Positions 1-13,411 of a stretch of DNA of 64,000 nucleotides are shown one piece after another. This DNA comes from Chlorokybus atmophyticus (lineage: Eukaryota > Plantae > Mesostigma and Chlorokybus algae), in the NCBI GenBank assembly GCA_009103225.1, contig RHPI01000773.1:1-64000 (forward strand). Direction: 5' to 3'. The translations under genes were made by a program, and so were the position numbers. Numbering within the stretch: position 1 is the stretch's first letter; every line of letters begins with the position of its first letter. The notes beneath the pieces are model-generated. The model had not been told where the DNA came from and searched no databases. It saw only the letters and a program-made list of their open reading frames with translations.

Positions 1-789
1 CCACGACAGTCTAAATTAGCGTCCTCAGGTGCACGGCCGTTGCCAATATTTAGTCGGCCGGCAGGGAAAACATATTGCGACGATGGCACGGCACATTCAT
101 TTGATTGCCGTCTCACCTGCCATCCAACCATGCTTTATGCAATTATCTCCTCACTCCCATCATCTCACCAAACTCACACACGAGTTATATGCGACGCACA
201 GCTCATGCTGGGGGTTCACTATGGGTCGATAGCACGGTGGCTACGCCCAGCACCCAAGTGCATTACAACATAAATATATAAGTGTATAGATACAGGCTGG
301 TCTATACACAAGTCCGCACTAAGGCGCTAGGCTACAACTATGGGAACTACTTCTTCACAACAGGTGCGAAAGTCACGCGCTTCTTTGGTCTTCGACTTGT
401 TAATGGCGCCATGGCTGCTGACGCAGAGGTCGAAGCTTGAGAAGCTTGTACACCTGCAAAGTAAACCACACTTGCCACCCACGCCAAGGATGGCGCCGCC
501 GTGGTAGGGTTTCAAGCGACCAGATAAGGAGCTTGTGACTCACAACTCACTCTATTGAGTGCTTGTGCCCGTAAGTGCCTAGGGCACTAGGGGCACAAGA
601 GTCTTATTACTCGTTAACGAGTTGTTGAGTTCATGGGCGCGCATTTGCGCTTCATGAACTCATATAACTCACACACGAGTTATATGGAACGCACAGGTCA
701 TGCTGGGGGGGCGCTATGGGTCGATAGATGGATAAAATCAGTTTGAGCGCGTACCACCTAAGCCGAGGCTCCTCGGTAGCGTGTGCAAC

Positions 790-1743
790 TCAGGCAACGC
801 GGCGCGCACATAGCCCTCAGCTGCAGTGGAAGACTTTCAACGCCCGAACTGCTGCCACAGGTGCTGGGGCACACCAGCTTTTACGGCTTGGGTCGCAGCT
901 CCCGAACGAGCAGAGTGTGTGCCAGAGCGCGTGGGGTCCTCCCCTGCCGCCCTAATGGCTGCCTTCTCCAAACCAAGGATGGTGCCACGGTGTTGCATAT
1001 GACGCACGTTCCCCCCGCACGTATAATGGAGCGCATCAACTTGCCCGCGTGCTGATATCCTGAGGCAAATAACAACTTTTCGGTGTGCATCACAGGGCAC
1101 AAATCACCGCCCACAGCAGCTATATGCACTGTGGCGCCCACACCGTGTTGATCGGTTTTGCTGCGCGGGATGACGAGATCTATGCGGCCTGGGGGAAAGA
1201 CGTTGACCTCCGCCAGGACGGAATACTGCATCATACCTGCAAACCGCAACAGCACCGCCACCGTTTGCAACCTGGCCACCAAGTCCCACCCATTGCGAGC
1301 AAAGTGCGAGACCATGGCTCGCAAGAGCTCAGGCGCGTAGGCGTCCTTCTTGCGCGTGTTCAATGGGAGCAGCCTGGCAGTGGCCTCGCGCACCACAGCA
1401 ACAAGTGCATGCGCAGTGGGAGAGGCCTAGCCTGCCATGGTATGCGCAGCATGTATGGCCGAAGAGGCATGTTTCACAGGTGCCGGGGTGGTGGAATCCA
1501 CCAACACCTTGTCAGGAAAAGGGCTACTGTGCCAGGGTCTGTTGGTAGGGCAGTCCAACCACGGGGCGTGCAGAACTCCACAAAGCGGCGCCAGTAGCCC
1601 TCATGGTCGCGGAGGGTGCTAGTAGCACGTGACGCCGTTGCCACTGCCGGGTATAAGGTGCGCAGGCGCTCAATCTCATGGTCTCCAGGGACGTTGGGCA
1701 TGAGCGACTGTAGGCTATGCTCGATAGCAGCTGCACACAGCAT
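790..1743 (-). pseudogene. DIRS tyrosine recombinase (frameshifted)
   Basis: Motifs YWRRFVEFC, IPRSKTDQ.G.G, DLCPV, THSARSGAAT, FGR*KSS..EGY are spread over ORFs 1474-1743, 881-1396 and 837-1100. Confidence 0.85.
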
Positions 1744-2700
1744 GTGTCAATGGCCAGGACGCAAGTCAATCCGCAATGCGCCCACATGCGACTATTGGGC
1801 AAGCCCCCTTGAAGATCCGTGGCTTGAGGGCTAGGCCACAAGCAGGCTGGGCCTCTGGGTAGGCTTACAACATCTGGGACAAATGGTGCCCACACCCCGC
1901 CGGGGCAGAGGACGGGCCACCAAGTTTGGGTTGTCCACTCGGGCACAATGAGGCACATGCGAGCCTTGCATTCGCGGGCATGGCGCAAGACAGGGCCAAC
2001 ACGGTGTGGTGGGGATGGCACCGGTTGTTGCAACCACTCAAGTCAGAGTGGAAGGCATTGCCGGATGAGCCCCGACATGGCAACACCGAGTTGAAGGCCA
2101 CACACACAATGTTGGCATCCGTAGCGAAGCGGTCAACATCAAAGGAGCCCCACTTGCGGGCGAGCAAGCGGGCCCATGGGGTTTGCAAGGTCCAACCATT
2201 CCAATCCGGTGCTTTGGAGAGCGCGTCCGCCTCCACATAGAGCTCACGTGGTAACCACTCCACACACGGTGGCAATGTAAGAAAATACGGCATGCCACTT
2301 GCTGCAAGTGCTCGGCCTCACTGCCCCCTTTGCACATAATGCAGTACACATTGCGGGCATCGCCATATCACAGCACCGTGCGTCAATGTAGCTCTTCCTT
2401 CACAGTGAGTAGGGCACGCTTAAGTCCGAGTACCTCGCGATATGTTGATGAAGTCCAGCACTCGTCCGGTGTGAATGTGCCTTTCACCACGGGGGTAGCT
2501 GTGCCATGGCGCACTAGTCCCCAACCGGTGCCGCTAGCATCCACAAACTGCACTATGTCCGGCTGCACTGTCGGCCAAATATGTGCCATGTTCAGCTTCT
2601 TAAAGTGGCCTCGCAACCATGTCAACTCATTAATCTTCGCCTTGCGCAGTACCATGTGTAAATTCCGGGAGTGGCGCGTGTCAAGCGGCGTGTATGCCAA
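1600..2700 (-). pseudogene. DIRS RNase H plus phage-like N6-adenine methyltransferase domain (disrupted)
   Basis: RNase H: FVDASGTGWG, SSTYREVLG, WLPRELYVEADALSK. MT-like: FDVDRFAT..N...FNS and VLRHARECKARMCLIVPEWTTQTWWPVL. Confidence 0.75.
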
Positions 2701-3751
2701 GACATGAGTTTGACGCAGGCCCTAACACTATGACTATAGTTTGTAGCTTGCCACAAATCCTGGCCAGCAACTTCACTGGGACATGGCGCCTATCGCCAAA
2801 AGCACGCTGCAGATCTTTGAGACCATCTCTCTTCTTGCCGGGAACACGTACCACGCCAGCGTGTGTATCCCACACAAAGCCCAGGAATACAATCACCCGA
2901 CTGAGCACCGGTTGCGCCTTGGCATTGTTCACCAAACCGCACCATGCTGCATCTGCTTTTGCCATGGCTAGGGTGGAGGCATGCGCAGCCTTGGAGCGAG
3001 CAGCAAACAAGAAATTATCAATGTATGGCAGGACGCGGATGCTTTGTATACGCCAACGGCGCACCAATTGTTTCATCACCTTGGTGATTACGAAGCAAGC
3101 TGTGCTCAACCCAAACGGCAACGAGCAAAAGTTGTACACTTTGCCCGCAAATGAGAACCCCAAGTAGCCGCAGAAGGCGGGGTGTATGTCTACATATTGG
3201 TTTCCGGACTTCAAGTCCGTGGAGAACAACCAGTCCATGGGCTGCAGCAAGTCTGGAATGCTGCGCACATCCTCATACTTGAACGGCGTGTTCACCAAGT
3301 TGGAGTTGACATAGCGCAACTTCATGATGAGGCGCAGCTTGCGGCCATCATTGACCACGTTGAGTGGGCTCACCACGAGGGGGGGTGTCACACACTCTTG
3401 TGCGGCCCCACTATGCACTAGGTTGGCGATGGCAGCCGCAGTGAAGTCCGCAAACTCATGCACACCCTTGTGGTTGGTGAATGCCCATTCGGGGGGTGGA
3501 TCAGTCGCCCATGATAGCTTGTACCCGTACTCCACCCACAAAAGCACCATGGTAGACTCACAAAATTGCTGCCATGGTGGCAGGGCCCCCCGTAAGCGGT
3601 GCCTCATGTATGGGCCTTCTACCACCAAATTGCTAGGTGCTCGTGCAAACTCCTGGTGTTTCATGTAGTCCTCCACCAACTCCGACTTAATTGAAGTGTA
3701 GTCAAGTGCCACCGTGCACGCTGCCGCCGTAACTGGACCCCGTATGTGCAA
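2681..3751 (-). CDS. DIRS reverse transcriptase (catalytic motif degenerate)
   Basis: SPLNVV..GRKLRLIMKLRYVN, DLKSGNQYVDI, LPFGLSTAC, RVLPYIDNFL (YxDD changed to YIDN), FLGFVWDT. Confidence 0.9.
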   Translation of the reverse strand: MHIRGPVTAAACTVALDYTSIKSELVEDYMKHQEFARAPSNLVVEGPYMRHRLRGALPPWQQFCESTMVLLWVEYGYKLSWATDPPPEWAFTNHKGVHEFADFTAAAIANLVHSGAAQECVTPPLVVSPLNVVNDGRKLRLIMKLRYVNSNLVNTPFKYEDVRSIPDLLQPMDWLFSTDLKSGNQYVDIHPAFCGYLGFSFAGKVYNFCSLPFGLSTACFVITKVMKQLVRRWRIQSIRVLPYIDNFLFAARSKAAHASTLAMAKADAAWCGLVNNAKAQPVLSRVIVFLGFVWDTHAGVVRVPGKKRDGLKDLQRAFGDRRHVPVKLLARICGKLQTIVIVLGPASNSCLGIHAA

Positions 3752-4284
3752 GAAGTGAGTGCATGCACTCTCATCTTGGCACGGTCATAACTTTTGCAAA
3801 CGATGTCCGATGGGGACGTTTAAGGTGTAAAAAGGAAGCGTTTCTCAGCGCTTAAGCCGAGGAGCGGCTCCAATATGAATGGAGACTTTCGTCTGGCCAG
3901 GGCCTCAAACGAAAGTTATGAGCCAAACAAGTTGCAACCATAGCAAACCGTGTTTAAACTGCACGTTCTTGAGCTCTACTTGAGCGTCACTGTGTCATAA
4001 TCATGAACTTAAAGTTTTATTCCATTCGAGGGTCATTTAAGACGTTAAAAGCAAGTACAGGCAATATATGCGCACAAGTGTACAGCTACCAGGCTGTCAC
4101 GACACAGCTACAGGGCTGCTATGAGAGCTAATGGCCCCCACGCCTGCAGGCTCACGGCAATAGGCACGCAGGTGCCCGGGCTTCCCACAGTTGTAGCAGG
4201 TGCGGACATCCCGCTGGCCCCCAGTAGAAGCTGCCTGAGACTGCATAGGAGCAGTCTGGTAACTGGTCTGCCCCGCACCCGATG

Positions 4285-4818
4285 TGTAACGGGAAGGTAC
4301 ATTAAATTACCACAAATCGACCATAAAAGCACCAAGTCTTTTGTGGTCGAGTGGGCTGTGACATTGGTCATCGGAGCTTGAGACCCGGGTTCGATTCCTG
4401 CCTTGCACACGAATTCCACGGTCGTTGTTTCTCGATCCAATAACATCATAAGTGGTCACTTTATAAGTGCCATTATCGATGGGTCGCGACTTGCATAATG
4501 GCAGTCGCGCCGAACTGACCAGTTCAGTCGGCGCGGCAGGGCGCGACCTGCCTATCGCGGCGACGCGACCTGTGGGGCCGGCAGCGGCGCGCTATGCGCG
4601 CGTTGACCGGTATGGGCCTAAATTGGCCGGTCCTTGGGTGGTGGGGCCGGTAACCGACCCTAAATCAGACCCCTGGGAAGATTCCCCAGCTAATGAGCGC
4701 CAGCTGCGGAGGACATCAGCGTTCTTAAATTGGGGGGAATGTAACGGGAAGGTACATTAAATTACCACAAATCGACCATAAAAGCACCAAGTCTTTTGTG
4801 GTCGAGTGGGCTGTGACA
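4285..4818 (+). mobile_element. TRIM (miniature non-autonomous LTR retroelement) inserted in the DIRS element
   Basis: Identical 79-bp LTRs (4285-4363, 4740-4818; TGTAAC..TGACA), PBS-like TGGTCATCGGAGC, PPT TGGGGGGAA, perfect 5-bp TSD CGATG. Confidence 0.92.
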
Positions 4819-7230
4819 CGATGCATAGGACCCAGAGTAGCGGGGGGGTTACTGGCCCCGCCCCTTGTTGGGATGGTAGGCAGGCTTTGCCTTGGGCTTG
4901 GGCTGCGCCGCAGCCACATTCTTGAACGCCTTCTTGAGGCGCTTTGCCTCATCATCATCCACGGCGAGGGGGTTGCGCACCAGCTCGTCTACGACCTTTC
5001 AATCATGCTTGTTGGCCACTTCCACATAGTGGAATTGCTTACACACCTCATCCAATCCTGCGCACAGAGCACACATGAGCAACACGCGTTGCATGTTCCT
5101 ACGGGCTCAAAGCCACCGGGTCTAGCGCCAAGCGCACCCCCAATCCATTCCCATACTTATCATGTGCATATGTGCGCATGCAAATGCAGATTGTTGTGCC
5201 CTGTTGTGCTTGTTCCCTTTCTGTGGGGTAGTCATAATGTGAATACAGAGGTGAACATACAATGGTGTTAAGTGCGGGCGCCTCCCCCCCCTCCGGACAT
5301 GGGGGGAGGAGGGATGCGGAACACATGTAGCTAATGAAATGAGTGTGTAGCTATACGGGCTGACGCCCTCATAAGGCACATGATGCACGCATGTGCAAGC
5401 GTGCGTGGGCGAAGTCCGCACCCACATGATTATGTGCCTACATGCGCGTGCATATGGCGGTGCTCGACAAAGAATGAGCCCACCTTTCATGTTGTCCTTT
5501 CGGCCTTTGGCGAAGTGGGGGTCCTCGGCAAGGTGCGTGGGCACTCGGGCGAAGGAGGATGCCGCCGAGCGGAGATGAGCCGCCACTTTGAGGTGTTGTC
5601 GAGCCTGCTTCTTCAAGTTCTCCTTCCAAGGGGTAACGGGCTCGCTGAAGCGGGTGGCCATAGCTCCCACTCGAACGTTGGGGTTGGTTGAGTCGCCGTT
5701 GTCGCGACGAAGAATGCTCACAAGTAGGGGGTGGTTGGGCTCTTCACCGGGCTCATCACGAGGGATGGCGGGCGCCTTCTCACGCTTTAAGCGAATGTTC
5801 TCCGCCTCCAACACCTCCAACCTCCTCACCATGTCCTCCACGGACATCATGGACGGGGTGGTAGAGCGACTTGGACTCGGAGCCCGCTTTTTGCGCTTTG
5901 GGCGAAAGTCCTCATCCGACTCCTCATCGGGCTCCTCATCCTCGCCTCCACCACCACCCTCCTTATTCACCTCCTCTACTCTCCCATCGCCGATGGGGCG
6001 CACCTCTCCCTACTCTCTCTCCTTCCTTCCCTCCTCCACCTCGCGACGCGGACTCTTAGGCCGCGACAAGCGATTGGCGGCTAGCAACGCCGCGGCGGCC
6101 GTGGCCGCCACCTCCTCTCTATCATCGTGGGCACTCGCTTGTGACCGTGTGACCATGGTGGAGGGCCGCCTCCGTCCACACCTTCTCACCACACTCGCCA
6201 CCCACGCCAAGGATGGCGCCGCCGTGCTAGGGTTTCAAGCAACTAGATAAGGAGCTTGTTATTCCCAACTTACTCTAGTGAGTGCTTGTGCCCCCAAGTG
6301 CCTAGGGCACTAGGGGCACAAGAGTCTCATAACTCAATAACGAGTTCTTAAGTTCTTGGGCGCGCATTTTATGCGCTTTATGAACTCATATATTGCATCG
6401 CGGCATGGCTTAGCATGTGGTGCTTTGCCGATGCAGACCCTTTTTCTTGCCACGCAGATATACATTAGTTTATCTAATGCTGCTATAAATATAGATACCA
6501 GCTTAGACGTCAAGTCGCACGGCACTTTGCATACATGCCTGTTGCATTATCTGCCTCAGACACCTGCCCATCGTCGAAAACTGTCACCTCCGCCAGATAC
6601 ATGTAACAACATGGCAGTTTGCCTCTTGTTAATCTCTAACTCTGGCCAAAGCACCTGTAGTTAACAGATGTTTGACAGGTGTTCGAGCTGATGCACGCTC
6701 GCAAAGTTTGGAACTGAGAGACAGCGCGTTTCATGTCGCAAGGAAAGGCAGAAAAATTATTGAGCAGATTAACAAAGCAGACCCAAGGGAAGCTTCAGTA
6801 GCAAATGTTGCTGCCAATGAGGTGTGTTGTTATCCAAGTTGATGATTGGATTACTGTGCTTGCCAGGATTTGTCGCGATGACATGAGCATGCTATGGTTG
6901 CATAGCAGAAGCTTTACAACAATGGACACATCAAGCAAGAACCCATGCAGTCACTCCATCTTATGTTACACTTCTGTTTTTTCATTGTCTTCCTTGCTTC
7001 TGATCCTTTGCCTGTTGTCTGTTTCCTTGCTTCTACGTCTGCTATGCATGTATATCAACATTGTTCAACATCAATCTCGGATGTGTACTGCATTCATAGT
7101 AGCATTGTTCTTTGCAGGTAAATAATGAGGTCCAGATGCTCATGCAATCCTCGGCAGCAAGAAACAGCATCAATCAAGTCAACACCAACATCAGGGCCTC
7201 TTCACGTACCGCCAAAAACGTGCGCAACCC

Positions 7231-7591
7231 ATGAATACAGGTGCGAAGTTTTTCTACAAGTTGACGCATGTGGCAACACAAAAAGTATATAGGTCAAAGT
7301 AGCCACCCAGGTTGACGTTATAGGAAACATCGTAGACAGCCGCCGAAGAAAATGTTGCCCGACTTAAATAGCAGTAAACTTTCTGAAGAGCAAGTGCAGT
7401 TGAAAGTTTTAGATGAAGAACATTGCAAGGCGCGAATCGGTTGGTTGGAAGCTAGGTATAGCGCCCAATACGACTCTCGTGGGTGCAAAGGTTACAATAT
7501 GGATGAAGGCAACCCAGCAAGGTTCAAAGCATTTTGGGCGCGCCGACGTAGTGGTAGCGGTTTTTGCAATAACAACAAGAAAATGGCGTGA
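7231..7591 (+). pseudogene. Stand-alone GIY-YIG endonuclease pseudogene
   Basis: MNTGAKFFYKLTHVATQK, +1 frameshift, KYIGQSSHPG*RYRKH ... IGWLEARYSAQYDSRGCKGYNMDEG. Confidence 0.7.
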
Positions 7592-8489
7592 TACTAGCTA
7601 TTGATTCTGTGGGGTTCACCATGTATGTTCGACAATTGGTGCGACACCATGCTTTGGTGTTGATATGATACAGGTGGGTGCATATTAGTGACTGTGTTGG
7701 TGTAACTTCATATATGTACGTATGCTGTGGTGTAAGTGTATGCAGTGGAGTGTATGCATGTGAGAGATGCTGTATTCGTCACCTTCCACACAGGTGGGTG
7801 AAGACAATAGCAGTGCATTAGCATGTGTGTACACACTGATCGCCTTGCAGCTCTGATCTTGGCAACGACTATCCCGCTGTGTTTAACCTTCATATGCTGT
7901 ACACTATGTCATGGGGCGCTGACACACATGGCAATGCGAGACAGTCGACTCAACTTCCAGGTGCTGCAAACCTTGTGCAACAGCATGGTTACTGTACTGT
8001 GTGGCAATGTCTCATACTCCAATACACACTAACAAGAGACGCTGCAATAGAAAAATGTACAAGCGGTTGTAACACATGCAGTGTGCATTAATAGCAATGT
8101 CCACTTTGCTTGCCAACTTAGTTGAATGCACAGAAGACTTAAAAATATCCGTATGCTGCTTATTCAGCATGTTACACAGTGACAATACAATGTGTGCGGC
8201 TTGCGAGTGAATGTTGTACAAGCAAATTCCATAACAACATAACCATACATGTATTAATATAGCATAGATTGTTCAAGTGACAAACTTGACATATGCATCT
8301 ACAAGGGCAAAACGGGCACCATGAATGACAGGCCTATTCAGGCGGTGGTGGTTGCGAAGGCCCAGTGCCAGCAGCACCGGTACTGTGTGTATCGACATCC
8401 TCATCATTGTTACTGCTGCTCAGTTCATATACAGGGAAATCGGGGGACGCTGCACCACATGCTGGGCGATACATAAAATAAGTTGAAAG

Positions 8490-9420
8490 CTGCGGCAGAA
8501 AGGACACTCAACTTGAGGGTAAGATCCTGTACGCAGCTTCTTTAAGCACTGACGGCTCAGTGTAGCTCCGCATCATGGCATTGGTAGCAACGCTTCCACT
8601 GGCTTCTGTTTGCAGCAGATGTCGCATGTGTTATCTTCACTGTTTACCACGCGCTTGCCCTTGTAGTCCTGGCGCACATGTTGCATTTCTTCGGTATTTG
8701 CTGCTTCACGCAGCAACGGGTCAACTGTGCGAAGGTATGTATAAAGCTTCTCCTAGAGTGTTTGGTAAAGTTGTAGTTGTTGTTGCCTATCAACATCTCT
8801 GCGATTGAGGAGCGATACCTGATACACCAACTAGTTAACACCCAAGTGTTGCATTTGTTCATACATGTAGTAGTCGTAATTGTTTAATACCTGTGCATTA
8901 AGGTCTATCTCCTTCAACATGTACTTTGCCAAGCTGTCCAAGTTCTTGCTGAAGACTTCCAGTTGCTGCTAAAAGCTCTTAAACTGCACGCCATCGGCTT
9001 CAACGCGCTCACGGAATTGCCAGTTTGCCGTTTGAAGACGCAGGACGCTTGTCAACTCTACGATCTACAACAGCAAGTCAGTTGCTGGAAAATCCAACAG
9101 TGCAGGCACACACACCTTTGTTTTTGTGTGCAGCAATCGTCTTGTTGGCTTCTCCAATTTGGCATTGCAAACGCGCCAATTTTGCATCGTCGCGCTTATT
9201 GTGCTGCTGCAACTGTGTGGCCCTGCGCTAAGCTTCTGTCAGCTGCTTGCGTAAACCCACGATGCTTGCTGCGTTTGCGTTTTTTACGCTTTCTGTCATT
9301 TTGGCGTGCTCAGCATGCTCTTCGTGTAATACACGCTCCAGGTCAGCAGAGCGTTGTTCTGCAGCAGCATGGCTTGCACGCATACCATTGAGTTCATTGA
9401 CTATTTCCAACAGCTTTGCA
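8490..9420 (-). pseudogene. Decayed coiled-coil plus C-terminal RING-finger gene
   Basis: CDICCKQKPVEALLPMP*CGATLSRQCLKKLRTGSYPQVECPFCR at 8626-8492, with heptad-rich ORF 9228-9410 upstream. Confidence 0.55.
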
Positions 9421-10714
9421 GCGATCTGGGGATCAGGCTGTGTTTGATTTTGACGTAACTGCTCTACTTGCTTGAGGTTGTGTTCGCAAAGGGCTGTGTT
9501 CTCGTCAACCAGTTTGAAATCTGCAACACAATGCCATCAGTGGTGTGTGTCAAAACAATGGCACAATGTGCTTTACTTTCGTTTTGTAGATGAGCATTGT
9601 TTTGTACTTCACAAAGCAGGTTGGCACTGAAAGTGTCAATAGCAGCACGCATGAGCTCAGGTGCAAGTTGGTGAGTTGGTAAAAGCGGCATTGTTTCCCC
9701 TGCGTTTATATGGTTAACACGATCAGGTTGGAACCTCTGCAATGATGACATTGATCACCTGTTTTAGCGTCAGAGACATGAGACGTGGTGGGAGTATCAG
9801 GCGCCAGACAAGTTCCTACGGCGCTAAGATGGAGTTACATGAAAACCTGTTTAGATACATACAGTGAATACAGTGAAACTTTTTATGTCACCACGAAGCA
9901 GTCGCGCATCTATTGGCACCGTCATGGCACTGGCGTTGGTGTCTTCGATAAGGTTAGGATCGTAGGAGATTTCAACAGGGTGCAGAACATCATGCAGTGA
10001 CGGTGGCAGGGGGTTGTTTGCTGCGAAGGCCACGTTCCAGCGACTGGCATAAAGGCACCAACAGTAGGATTGAAGTTGTGTCGTGCCACTGCAGCCCGAC
10101 CCTAAGTGGCAACGAGTACATTAATAAGATTTAAATCCCGCATACTTTTGTATGCTGTGCGATCATGCAGACAACATGCCCTCAAAGTAAATTGATAGTG
10201 ACATTGCACATGGTTAGGCTCCCAAGCTGTGGAGCAGATTGATATTCGACCCGTGCACAACAATACATGCCATGTATGCAGAACTCATCAGATCCAACCA
10301 ATACTTGAGCAAGTCGTCTTGCTGTTGGCGTGTTAGTGCATTGAAGGCGTCCTTGTGAATACCGCTACCAAGGTGAGACCTGGAGTTTTGCACTCCCACT
10401 CTGGCAATCTAGCCTTTGTATATGCCTGTGAGCTTGCATCCGTAGACGCAGCGGACGAAGTAATTTTCAAGGATGGCAACACGCCGAGAATACGCCATGA
10501 AACCTGAATAAGTAAGCGATGCAATGCACCAACGGAACAACACGGCGGCTACGCTCGACAATCTTGGCGTCGCTGCCGTCGAGGAGCTTGCATGCAACTT
10601 GGTTTCCGGGCCGTGGTAGTCGTTAACCATATCCCCCAGGCGCGTATGATATCGCATTTTACGCATGACACATCACGCACAGACCTACAATGTAAGTTGA
10701 ACTCTGTTATCACG

Positions 10715-10885
10715 ACACACAGGGATACTCACGACGTCGCACGACATTGCGCCATATCACGCAATATGACATCATATGCCGGCATATCGATTGCCGTGGC
10801 ACCATATGGTATGATATGGCTTGGTATGGTGCGATGTCGCGTGACGTTGCTGAACGTCGCATGACATGTCGTGAGTTCCTTGTTT
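10715..10885. repeat. Imperfect inverted repeat (MITE-like or hairpin)
   Basis: AGGGATACTCACGAC at ~10721 versus GTCGTGAGTTCCTT at ~10868, with a semi-palindromic interior. Confidence 0.4.
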
Positions 10886-11498
10886 AAAGAGTCCAGCGTA
10901 TAATGTGCCATAAACTGAGTTAAAATGACAAAACCGGAAATCATTTACGTCGCTGAGTTAACACAGTTCAGGCCACATTGCACGCATGATACCATATGTG
11001 TTTTATCCATCCATATACTGTTGAGCATATTGCCATATGATCCAGTTTGCTAGCACATCAAACAATATTCTATTGTGTGACGCCATATGCTGTGCTGCAA
11101 TGTCGCGCTACGTTCCATCCGTCGCTCTTTTTATGCCTGATGTGGCGGTATAATGGCGTGTAACAGGCCTTAGCCTGCACTGACGTGTTGTGCTGACAAT
11201 TCTTGACCCGTCACGTTGCTGTCGAGGTTGCCGCCATTGCCGTGGGGCTTGCAGCCCACCTCGTGGTCATTGTTGCGCTAGAATTTAAGGCAAGGTTGCT
11301 GGCGCCCGCTGCGTGGGTGTTTTGGGGTTGTTGGTGGGCGGCAGTGCGCCCCTACAAGCGTCGCCGTCTTCGGGTAAGTGCCCGCTGACCCCTTTGTTGC
11401 GATTGCTGTTGTGCCCTGCCTAGGTTGAGGCACCATGTTGAGGTCTGTTGCTAGCCTGTGTGTGCCTGTGCATGGGCTCTTGCATGTGACTGCGCATG

Positions 11499-11826
<328 letters not shown>

Positions 11827-13411
11827 CGATGCTGACTCGATTGTGCATGCAGATGGCAAATAAACATGGCCATGGCGATGAGCCATCGGCTGAGGCCCCT
11901 CCACAGCGCATGACGGAGGACCGCGCGCTCGGCCTGCCTTTGCCCACCATGGACAAAGACATTACCATGGAGCTGTGCCGTGTGGGCAAGGAGTCGGAGA
12001 AGTGCAGGTGGTATGGCGGTGTGGCTGGTGGCGGGGATGAGGGGTACGTTCAGGTGCTGCATAAAGGCTGGCAAGTCTGCACATATGGCCATGGTGATCT
12101 GGGGGGCCAATTGCATCTCGGCCAGAGTCAACGGCGGCGTACAGCTTGACCTGAGACAGTGGGAGGAGAGGGGACACGCCCGTCAAGGGCGCGTGCCACG
12201 CTTGCCTATTGACCACTTCCCACCCGTGACCAAGACCATGGTCAACCTAGGCAATTCTAATTTCTCTGCGCTTTGCGCAGTGTTTGAGCACAGATTAAAG
12301 ACCCCACAGGCTGGAGTTTCGGGAGTGGTGCTGTTGTGGCGGTTAGCGTTGGTGAGGTGGCTGACTACTGCACGCTGTTGAGGGGCGAGTTTGTATTACC
12401 ATTACCCTCACGATCAAGTCCCCCCTCCACCAGCATCTCCCATTCTGACTCCTGAAGCCTCCCCGCCCCCCTCTCCCCAAGCATCCCCACCCCAGGCTGC
12501 ACCAGCACCCCCACCCAGGCTCCAAGTCAGCGCAAGGGCAGACCCCTGGGCTCTGCTCCTCCTCCCAAAGCCAAGAAGCGTGCCAAAATTGGCCCTGTTG
12601 TAAAGGCAGGTCACTCTTCACAGGCAGGACCCTGAGGCTATGCACTTGTGCACAATTCTGTCACAGCAAAATGTTTCGCCTGCCGGCCGATTGAATATTG
12701 GCAACGGCCGTGCACCAAACGATAGTTATTTAGACTGTCGTGGCTCAGTCCACCTATAATCTCGATACAGGGACCTGATATAACGGCCGTCACCATTAGT
12801 CGGCAGCCGTTTTAATAAAGGGACTGACCTAGATTGACAGGTACCTGTCAAATACCCATCAGTCAAGCAAAAGGGACTTGACCTAATTAACCGGTACCTA
12901 ACAGTTAGGTACCGGCAACCGTACTTCAAGGGTGCCTACCTATCAGGTACCTTTGGGGTACCTTATGGTACTTTTAGGGTAACTGACGTTAATGTCCCCA
13001 GTACCTACCGGTACCTACCGGTACCATTCAGTCATGTGCTGCATACTGCATGCATGTGATTGTCGTCAACTGTGAGAGACGGCGAGTTATAAGCTTGACT
13101 GATGCACAAAAGTACCCATGGATTAAATTACAAACTGTTGCTACGCTACAATGTAAACTATGTTGAGCTATTACTATTACTACTACTACTACTACTCTAT
13201 ACTCTACCCTTATACTCAGCCGCCTGCGCCGCCGCTCTTCCTCCGCCGCCGCCGCCTCGCCGCTCCTCCTCCGCTGGCCTGGTCGGCAAGGGCGCCAACA
13301 CAATGGCATCATACATCATGACACATACAATCAAACTCACCTACCATGCCATTGCAATTGCCGCCGCCGCCGCCGCCACTACCGCCGCCGCCGCCGCACA
13401 ACTGTCCTCGA

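Larger units (their letters stand above)
170..6390 (-). mobile_element. Decayed DIRS-order (PAT/TOC-like) tyrosine-recombinase retrotransposon with split direct repeats
   Basis: Minus-strand order is ORF1/gag-like (~4830-6150), RT, RNase H, N6A-methylase-like domain, tyrosine recombinase. Repeat A lies at ~466-665 and ~6192-6390; repeat B at ~170-230 and ~667-725. Many stops and frameshifts. Boundaries approximate. Confidence 0.85.

Noticed and set aside
3810-4140. AT-rich possible insertion in the DIRS element
   Set aside because: No TIR or TSD could be identified.
11171-11190. TAGCCTG as a possible second Academ-type terminus
   Set aside because: No matching inverted partner or TSD found.
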